Shown here in pieces: positions 1 through 64,000 of a DNA stretch of 64,000 nucleotides; positions within the stretch are counted from its first letter, which is position 1, and each line of letters begins with the position of its first letter. Source of the stretch: the human T2T-CHM13v2.0 reference genome, Homo sapiens; assembly GCF_009914755.1 (NCBI RefSeq), contig NC_060939.1. One strand, given 5' to 3'. Position numbers and translations under genes: made by a program. The notes under the pieces are model-generated. The model was not told where the DNA came from and searched no databases. It saw nothing but the letters and a program-made list of their open reading frames with translations.

Positions 1-1086
1 ACATTCACTGAAACGAATGTGTTTCCCCAGAGCAAACCTTTACTGATTAAAATGCTTAAATTTACAGCCTAAGCTTCCTTCTCCCAACAGAGCATGCATC
101 ACTGTTATGGGAGGCCTAAGCATCAGAGTAAAACAAAAGACAAGGTAATTTTCTATGGCAGAGAATGTTCTTGACATCATCAAGAGGAATTACAACTTTT
201 AAGAATGAAGAGACTCCAAAAGATACAATAGAGAGACTGCCTCTCCATTCTTAGAAATTGCAATTCTTCTTATAGTTATGTCCAAATGAACATTTATTTC
301 CTCTTTTGTTATCTCTGATTATGCTACAAAAAGTCCACTTGTAGAAGAACTAGTATCAAAAACTCAACACAGCTGCCTATTTATAAGAAACAGCATAAAA
401 TAGTTGATTCGGTTCTAAAATAACTTCTCTATTGAAAAAGACTAATCATTTCTACATTTGGGAAATGTTTGTGTTAATTAGTTTTCTGTGGTCAAATGTT
501 CTTATACTGCAATATTTTCATATGTAACTCTTATACTTGGTGGGGCATTTTAGCACATCAGGTTGCTGTAGTTTGGAATATCTGGTGCAGCGTATGTGAC
601 AGCCTATTCTTAGATGGAGTGAGTGCCAAGAACTTGGCAGAGGTCTCTGGCTAGGGTACATGTGAAGCGAAGCTGGTCAACAAAGTAGACAAGCTCATTG
701 ACATATGCATCTTCATTGTGTTTTATATTTGGTTTAATTTTGATTTTTTAATTTTTTACCATTTCTGTCTCAAAGTGGTTCCTTAAGAGCTGTGATAATC
801 AAAGAGGAGCATAAAATAAAGTGAGCTTCAAGTTCATACTTAGTGGTATTGCTATATCGTAGGACTGAACTAATGGCAGAAGGGTAGGGGGCGTTTTGGA
901 TAAAAAGGACTTCAAGAAAGAAGGTATAAAATGATAGCAAGATGATGGTCCTTAGAGGCTTGCTATACCTTTTGCAGCTAATCCAATCACAGAACGTTGC
1001 AATCAGAACAACAAAGTAACTAGACAATACCAAGACAGTTTACAGAGACACCCAAAACACAGATTATAATTTTAGCAAAAAGGTAG

Positions 1087-1419
<333 letters not shown>

Positions 1420-1812
1420 TGATTTGCCTTTTAAACTGAACTTCTAGCCTCATAAAAGCATTGATGAATGAATCTTCTAGTAAATTTTGCTGTTTATATA
1501 TTTATATATCAAGGCCAGCACAACCCCGGGGATATTAATCCTAGACCATAATCAAACCAACCCTGATTATAGAGAGCCTGTTACTGAGGCAACAGAAGTG
1601 AATTATTCCCTTCCACTGCTTCAAGTCTTAGCTCTTGAACTAAGACGAGCAGTGGGATTTCAGGCTTTAGTAAATTTAGAGTCTATTTCAGTAAATAGCT
1701 TCAAAAAAAAAAAAAAAACAAGAAAATGGACATGGAAAGATGTGTTAAAAGGCTGAATAGAGCGACATCTACATCCTCACACTATAGGAAAACACCTAAA
1801 AGACAAAGGTTG

Positions 1813-2128
1813 GGGCCAGGTGTGGTGGTTGGCTGGACGAAGTGGCTCACGCCTGTAATCCCAGCACTGTGGAAGGTCGAGGTGGGTGGATCACTTGAGA
1901 TCAAGAGTTCGAGACAAGCCTGGCCAACATGGCGAAACCCCATCTCTACTGAAAATACAAAAATTAGCTGGGTGTGCTGGTATGTGCCTGTAGTCCCAGC
2001 TACTCAGGAGGCTGAGGTGGGAAGATCATCTGAGCCCAGGGAGTTTGAGGCTGCAGTGAGCCAAGATCATGCCACAGCACTGCAGCCTGGGCAACAGGGT
2101 GATTGTCTCAAAATAAACAAACAAAACA
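1813..2128 (+). mobile_element. Alu with a short duplicated 5' end
   Basis: GGCCAGGTGTGGTGG followed by GGCTGGACGAAGTGGCTCACGCC and a full Alu body. Confidence 0.9.
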
Positions 2129-2560
2129 GGTGAATGGATAAAGAATATGTGATATATATACATACACACACACACACACACACACACACGAATATTATTC
2201 AGCCTTAAAAAGAAGGAAATCAACATGAATAAACCTGATTCTGTTAAGTAAAATATGCCAGACATGGAAAGACAAATACTGCATGGTTCAACTTATATGT
2301 GCAAGCTTAAAAAGTTAAAACTCATAAAAGTAGAGAGTAGAAGGGTGGTTGCCAGGGGGTAGGGGAAATGGGGAGATGTTGGTCAAAGGGTACAAAGGTT
2401 CAGTTATGCAAAATGAAAAAATCCTGGAGATCTAATGTACATCATGGTAACTAGAGCTAATAATATTGTATCGTATATGTGAACTCTTCTAAGAGAGACA
2501 ATATCACATGGTCGACCTTAAATATATACAATTTTTATTTATCAAGCATACATCAATAAA
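2129..2560 (+). mobile_element. Old L1 3' end (L1MA/L1MB-like) containing a (CA)n tract
   Basis: GAATGGATAAAG...AATATTATTCAGCCTTAAAAAGAAGGAAATC...GAGAGTAGAAGGGTGGTTGCCAGGGG matches the L1M 3' UTR. Confidence 0.85.
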
Positions 2561-2663
2561 GCTGTAGCTGGAAAAAGCTTCAAAGATTATTCTGATAGCC
2601 TATATCAGCAGCTGAGAGCAACCACTAGAAAGGGAAGGCAAGGCAGTTTCCCTTTGAACCTTG

Positions 2664-3124
2664 CCATTCAGCATGGCCCTCAAATGGGCAGCACTTGTAC
2701 CACCTGAGGTCTGTTAGAAATGCAGAACTGAGGGACACATCCCTTACCTAGTAAATCATAATCTGCATTTTATTTTTATTTTTTTTGAGATGGAGTCTCG
2801 CTCTGTTGCCCAGGCTGGAGCGCAATGGTGAGATCTTGGCTCACAGCAACTTCCACTTCCGGGGTTCAAGCGATTCTCCTGCCTCAGTCTCCCAGGTAGC
2901 TGGATTATAGGCATGCGCCACCATGCCTGGCTAAGTTTGTATTTTTAGTGGAGATGGGGTTTCACCATGTTGGTCGGGCTGATCTCAAACTCCTGACCTC
3001 AGGTGATACATCCGCCTTGGCTTCCCAAAGTGCTGGGATTGCAGGCATCAGCCACCACACCTGGCGTAACGTGCGTTTTAATAACATTTGATTCGAAAGC
3101 ATTAATTTTGAGAAACACTATTGT
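2664..3124. mobile_element. MER5-type hAT-Charlie MITE interrupted by a minus-strand Alu (~2769-3066)
   Basis: TGTTAGAAATGCAGA...AATCTGCATTTT [Alu] ...TTTGAGAAACACT. Confidence 0.75.
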
Positions 3125-3166
3125 AGAACATATGCGGTTTTTGTTTTTAAGTTCCTTATACTGTTC

Positions 3167-3516
3167 TTTTTTTTTTTTTTATTATACTTTAAGTTTTAGG
3201 GTACATGTGCACAATGTGCAGGTTAGTTACATATGTATACATGTGCCATGCTGGTGCACTGCACCCACTAACTCGTCATCTAGCATTAGGTATATCTCCC
3301 AATGCTATCCCTCCCCCCTCCCCCCACCCCACAACAGTCCCCAGAGTGTTATGTTCCCCTTCCTGTGTCCATGTGTTCTCATTGTTCAATTCCCACCTAT
3401 GAGTGAGAATATGCAGTGTTTGGTTTTTTGTTCTTGCGATAGTTTACTGAGAATGATGATTTCCAATTTCATCCATGTCCCTACAAAGGACATGAACTCA
3501 TCATTTTTTATGGCTG
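3167..3516 (-). mobile_element. 5'-truncated young L1 (L1PA2-like) 3' end
   Basis: Near-perfect L1PA 3' UTR; diagnostic positions read GATGACGAGTTAGT (GAG, not the Ta-type ACA) and CTTAAAGTATAAT; poly-A at 3167-3180. Confidence 0.93.
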
Positions 3517-3525
3517 ACATATGCG

Positions 3526-3836
3526 TTTTGGTTTTGTTTTGTTTTTGAGGCAGGGTCTTGCTCTATTGCACAGGATGAAGTATAGTTTTCTTGGATCACT
3601 GCAGCCTCGACCTCCTGGGCTCAAATGATCCTCTCACCTCAGCCTCCCAAGTAGTTGGAACTATAGGCATGCACTACTATGCCCAGCTAATTTTTAAATT
3701 TAAATTTAAATTTTTATAGAGATGGGGGTCTTGCTATGTTGTCCAGGCTGGTCTTGAACTCCTGGGCTCAAGTGATTCTCCTCCCTTGGCCTTCCAAAGT
3801 GCTAGGATTACAGGTGTAAGCCACTGTGCCCGGCCA
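3526..3836 (-). mobile_element. Alu (J-type)
   Basis: reverse Alu with CCTGGGCTCAA J-type diagnostics. Confidence 0.92.
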
Positions 3837-4139
3837 AACATACCTGTTTTAAAAGCATCGGAACACTTTCTTCAAGCAAATTCTTACACGGAACCCCTCT
3901 AATATATAAAATAGATAAAAGCATCGCTATCCTGACTGATAAAGAGTGGCCATCTCTGCTTAATATCTACTGGTCCTCTAACACATCCCATCAGTCTGAA
4001 AACCACTGTTTTACTATACAAGTTGAGAAGACAATGCTCTGCTTGCATGCCACTGATTAAAAAGTAGGACTTACAGATCACATCCACACACCACATCAGT
4101 GGCATGCAAACAGAGCTGCCAGCATAACTCAAGATAGTT

Positions 4140-4510
4140 TTACTGAGCATTCACTAACTGCCAGTCACTGTTCTATTTTACCTGGTTATGTTTATCCAAT
4201 CATTATGGCAACCTTTAAGGTAGGTGCTATTAAATATTTTTTTAATTTCTCTTTTAATTTTTTTTCCCCCAGGATCAGAGATCACAATCAAAATCTTCAT
4301 GATCTGTTCTGTAACAGCTTCCAATCACCTCCTTTTTAAATTTTTTTTTTTTAGATTTTTAATTTTCATGGGTATATAGTAAGGGTAGGTGTTATTATTG
4401 TCCCTCCTATCTTACAGATGTTAAAGTCCCTAAAGTGACACAGGCAGTAGGTGGCAGACCTAGGACTGAAACTCAAGCAGATTGGTTCCAGAGTCCATGG
4501 CTTAACCCTC
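4140..4510. mobile_element. MIR split by a small retro-insertion (4233-4383)
   Basis: TTACTGAGCA...GGTAGGTGCTATTA / ...TTACAGATG...GGTGGCAGA...CCAGAGTCCATG MIR-like core. Confidence 0.7.
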
Positions 4511-4989
4511 CTACTGTTTCCCAGATGGAAGGGATGATCAGTACTACTAAGATGAAAATAGAAAGGGAGCCCCATTTAACCCTAAGGTTCTTAATATATC
4601 CTGTCCATAACCTGATCTATCATCATCATAAAGGATAATTGGACACTTGAAAAAATAAAGGCAAATGTTTATATATCCTATTACCAACCTTTCATTCTGA
4701 AACTTCTATTCCAAAGCTGGCTCTGACTTTCATTTTAACCAGATTTCATTTTGATAAAACAATTTAGGGGAAGGACTCAATATGGTCCACAAACCTGCAG
4801 ATCTGATGTAATTTTATTTTCTTGGACATGCTGTTTTCCATCTTTTGGGGTATATCATTAGCAAAAGGCTACTCTATTACAATTTTTCTGCAGTCCAAGC
4901 AAATTGAACCAAGAGTTAAATATGACAGCCGTAATTCCCTTATCTAATACAGAGCCCTTTGGAGCAAGACTAGCAAAAGGCAATCATGG

Positions 4990-5400
4990 GCCCAAAATAA
5001 TCTGACTTCAACCTACTCCTGTTATTTCCCTTTCTTCTATGCCATATGTTCCAGTCACAATGGACTACTCTTGTACCTTTCTATCTCTCTTTTTACATCT
5101 GGCTTCCTTAGTCTCAAATTCCTTTCTCCCTGATGGTTGAAATTCTATTTGTTCTTAAGTTCAGATGCCACTGTCTTTGTGATGCTTTCCTCAAGAGTGA
5201 CTCAGTTAGAAATAAACATATCCTTCTTGCTATCCTCAGCTCTGTTCACGCTTCATTTTGACATTAGTATCAGGGTACACTGACAGGTATTTGTGTATGT
5301 ATATGTCTCCTCCACTAAATAGATTCCTTAAAGTCAAACATCACGTCTAACTAATATTTGCATCTGCCTAGCATTAATGCCTTGCTCAAAGGTAGCATGG
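4990..5400. mobile_element. L2 3'-region remnant
   Basis: degenerate TGTCTCCTCCACTA...TTCCTTAAAG...ATATTTGCATC...CCTAGCA pattern typical of L2. Confidence 0.5.
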
Positions 5401-6060
5401 AGGAAAAAAGAATTTAAAAAAGCTTATACACAGCATGGTTGTAAGCTGACAAATTTCCTTCTACAATTCTTAAGACCTAATAAGAACTCTAGTTAACAGT
5501 GGCCCCAATTTTCTTTCTTTTTTTTTTTTTGAAAGGAAGTAAAGTACACTTGGAAGAAGGCCAAGAAGGCAACTTAAGATATCAAGTGTGCCAATCCAAT
5601 TTGCTTTTCATTCCATGGGGCATTTTCAGAATACCCAGCTTCCCAGTATCTTCAGAATCACAGCTTCCAAAGGTAACCTGCATTTCTAAGAGAGGCCAAC
5701 TCATAAATGACAGAATGTCTGCTCAGGATAAATCTTCCCCCAGTGAGGCACTGCGCTTGGATAGATGACTGAGCAAGTTACACAACCCAGGGTCTCAAAT
5801 GTCATTATGTATGGATTACCTGGATTTAATTCTATATTACACTATTATCATATGTTGGTAGAGTTCAAGATTTGTCTGGATTTCAGTATTTAACAATTAC
5901 ACCACATATAGCATAAGCTGATTAACTCTTTCCAAGTACTCTTTATTGTATAGGAAGTATCAAGTGGCCTATTTCCTTAAACTACAAACTCAGTTGCTAG
6001 ATGCAATAGGAATGAAACTCAAAAGAGAAGACTCAGAGATAAGTCATCTGTAATAAGTTA

Positions 6061-6527
<467 letters not shown>

Positions 6528-7019
6528 CTATAGGCGATTCAGTAAATATAAAATAAACTCATAATGACATTTATTGATCTATGATTTCCTCACCTATTTA
6601 TGTCCTTGGCTTCTGCCCGTGGCAAACTAAAAACTCCTGGCTTGGAAATTAAGCAGTCTCCTCTTCACTATTTTTGTTTTTCTTAGTGCCCATTTGTTAC
6701 AGCAAAAGCACTCTCCTTTTAAAAATCCCCTATCTAGAAATACTACTATTTGGATGCCATGTGAAAGAATACAACATTTCTGAATATAGTCTATTTGGAA
6801 GAAGATCTGATATATACACAAGAAATTTAAAGTCAGATTTTTACCCAAGGGAAAAAGGAAGCGATCAATGACTTTAAAAAATACTGTGCAAATAGTAATG
6901 TCCAAAACTAGTATTTCTCACAGAATGGAAACCTGGCCATAGAGAAGTATGTGAATTCTTAATGTCTTCTAGTTCTGCCAAGTCCCAGAAACAGACAGCC
7001 AGCCATGGCTAAGGCACAT

Positions 7020-7054
<35 letters not shown>

Positions 7055-7062
7055 CCACAACA
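7020..7062. repeat. (CAA)n microsatellite
   Basis: direct reading. Confidence 0.95.
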
Positions 7063-9167
7063 AAAACCCAAAAAGGCTGTTGGATGAAAGAGAGTTGCTC
7101 ACATACTCCACAGCAACACAGAGCTTTGATACCCGCAATGTGAGTTTCTAACTCTTACTCTATTGGAAGCATTTCTTTCTCTCTTTGAAGAGGGTATACG
7201 ATTTCAAGAGAAAAAGGAAAATCCTGAAATAAAAACAAAACAACCAACATTTTGAGACTTAAGTTTGTGTTTTTTCTTAAGATCAAGTATACTCAATGGA
7301 CAGGATCTATTCAGAAGGTCCCACTGCAAGATCATGTACCAGGTCATGCTTTAATGCTGAAACATGGCTTTAATGAATGTTAATACTCAGAGTTTCTATT
7401 ATGAAAGTGACTGAAAAACACTCTTTCAAAGATAAAAAAACGCAGACCTAGTGCTGCACCATCTCAAGTCGTACAATATGTTTGTATTTCAATCAATGAT
7501 TAAATATATGGTAAACACTTTGGGCATTGTAATTCCATGCTCATAAATTAAATTCTATTTCAGTACTAATCTCCTGGAATACAGAATGTGGTTCATTTGA
7601 GTGGGTAATATTAAAACAAATTAAAAATGAATAAACTTTAAGAAATTAAAGGAAGAACCATTAGTGTAGTATTAAGGAAACCAGAGAAGAATTTCATTTT
7701 AGTTTTTAAAACATACAAATAGTTGCAACATTTTCTGGTTTCAACATCCAAGATGCATGTTATACATATGGCTAAGCAATGTCAGCAGTTGTGAAATTCA
7801 GGCTTTGAATTTGCATTTCCCTAATTTGGAATTCCCCTTAGAAATACATCTATGTTTAGAGAGGTTCTCAAGCTGCTTGTTTGCAAAACCTACCCACTAG
7901 GTCCATAACCCAAAAATAACTGTTGGATTATAGATAGAGAGGAAGTGATCCTGGTGGGTAGAGTTTACAGCACTTATCCTGAACAAAGCTTATCATACTC
8001 TGAATTACTTATTTTAGTAATATTTAATGAGAACCTAGAAGTGTGCGATACACCGAGGGAAGGACTATAATAAAGGCTGTATCAAACTTAAACCACCTAC
8101 ACTCACCTTCACCTACCGAAGCTAGTTTATTTTTGGATTGCTCATTCACATTCCCTTGGAACTTTCCTTTCATATGAATCAACATGTAAGACTATAGTCT
8201 TGGAAAAGAAATACCATTATGTCCCTTACCAGTATCCTTAGCACACTGCTTTTTCTTTAATTGTTAGCAGCTGAAGATCACTACTTTAGCTATACTTTCC
8301 CTGCCTCTTGAGGACAAGGAAAGTGCACTTTACCTAAAAAGAGCCCCACTGCAGGAAAAGTTACTCATGTTGTTTTGGCTGTTGGGATCATCTGTTTGAA
8401 CAGAACACTAGACATGCAGGCAGTCCTTTTATTTTGGATTACTACTGTTAGGATATTTAACATAGTTAATATATACATCAAACACAACAGCTTAATCACC
8501 TCTCTTATGGTGACTTACATTCACTCATAAGCACTTCCATCATTTAGGAATAAGTGGCCTACTCATAATACAAACCAGAGAGTTTAGTCTGTCAACAGCA
8601 TTCAAGGGGCTATGAAACCTAAGACTTAGTGCTGAAACTGACCCCAAAAATCATTTATGTCTCTTGCTAAAAGAAGTTGCCGGATTATTAAAAGAAACCT
8701 CCCACTGATTTCAGATAAATTCATTGCAAAATTCAACAAGCCAATCTTGGCTTCCAAAAAGCCTGAAAACCCTCCTTAATGCTAGCCTTCATTCCTTCTG
8801 TACTGATATGGTCCCTATTGCTTTATTCCTAGATAAGGAAAATAACAGTACAATTTCCACTTACTTATTACGATTCCCTGGTGTAGCAGGGCGAGGGTAT
8901 GAAGCCTTACACATGTAAAAACATGAGAACATTTATGTACTTCTGACAACCAGGTACTTCTGCCTCTCAAACTTTATTTATATAAAGACTTATTGTACTA
9001 GTTTGTGATTATCTGTTCTCATTTTCACTCTCCTGTTTCTAGGTCTGTGACCTCCTGTCCCTTAAAAAATAAGTCACCACTCAGACAAGAAAAAGAAAAA
9101 CTTCAACAAAGAAGCAATTAAAGAAACAAAAGCTGCCTTGCACAGTCATATCTTTTCCACTAACTTA

Positions 9168-9345
9168 GTAGCTGTCAAGCCTGGTTGCATATTAGAATCA
9201 CCCCAGGACCTTTTAAATATCCTGATGCCCAGGCCTCATTTCAAATGTAATAAATAAGAATCTCTGGAAATAGGACTAGAAATCCATATTTTTTTAAAGC
9301 TTCTCAGGTGATTGCGATATGTAGTCAAGTTGAGAATCACTATAT
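9168..9345. mobile_element. MER5-type hAT-Charlie MITE
   Basis: TTAGAATCACC...TGATGCCCAGGCC...AGAATCTCTGG...CAGGTGATT...GTTGAGAATCACT. Confidence 0.8.
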
Positions 9346-9532
9346 TAACTCAGGTTGAATAGCTGTTCTCTGCTTTTTTACGCAGAGAACTAATCCTAAA
9401 TCTTGTTTTCCATACATAATTTTAGATTCCTAGGCTGTGACCTACTTTAAAATTAAGAAATGTCTTCCCTAGTAAAAGGATGTAAGGGGTGTTCTATTTC
9501 ACTGGTGTAGGGCAGGGGGCAGAAGTCCTTCA

Positions 9533-9930
<398 letters not shown>

Positions 9931-10012
9931 GGAGTTTTGGGGCTCCCATTAAGCAGGACTAACATTAGTCATGGACATCTGATTCCTACAAATTAAATGT
10001 CAAGGTATCCTA

Positions 10013-63745
<53,733 letters not shown>

Positions 63746-64000
63746 CTGCAACAGAAAAACCCAGTCAGCCAACTACAGGAAAAGGGAAGGTATTTAATTC
63801 AAAATTATAATTAATGACAAGAACAATCTAAGAATAGGAAACAAATAACAAGAGAAACAGTGAGTAAATCCCAAATCTGCACATTCAATAGTAATATCCT
63901 ATGTTAATAATAAGAACATAAAGACACACCTGAGAAAAAAATGGCAAGCAACTATTCCCTCTTCTGACCTCTTATAGGTCTTATCCACAAAGCATTCATG

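Noticed and set aside
3003-3548. 181-aa plus-strand ORF
   Set aside because: It spans an Alu end, a MER5 and the antisense L1 3' UTR; not a gene.

Overview
Primate (very likely human) genomic DNA lying entirely inside the INO80 chromatin-remodelling ATPase gene, which is on the minus strand. Fourteen consecutive coding exons were reconstructed by hand (63745 down to 10037; 1716 nt, 572 codons). All have GT-AG boundaries, the phases match and there is no stop. They encode most of ATPase lobe 1 (motif Ia, Walker B 'MVLDEAQ', motif III 'TGTP'), the INO80-family insertion and the start of lobe 2. Using the known catalytic E653 as anchor, this is about residues 563-1134; exon numbers 14-27 are from memory. 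The rest is intron with roughly 70 Alu copies or fragments (about 43 plus-strand, 27 minus-strand by my count), L1, L2 and MIR remnants, DNA-transposon MITEs, an MST LTR and several simple repeats. Nearly all ORFs in the supplied track are Alu- or repeat-derived artefacts. I see no convincing new gene system. The best leads are: (1) a 423-nt all-purine tract paired with a 41-unit CACAG repeat that reads as a YGCY array in the pre-mRNA; (2) an Alu-bracketed, frame-closed 1125-nt exon block that could form a stop-free circRNA; (3) a CpG-rich, potentially structured intronic element with an antisense splice donor; (4) two small L1 3' transductions; (5) a telomere-like patch replacing the middle of an Alu. 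Repeat boundaries and subfamily names were read by eye and are approximate.
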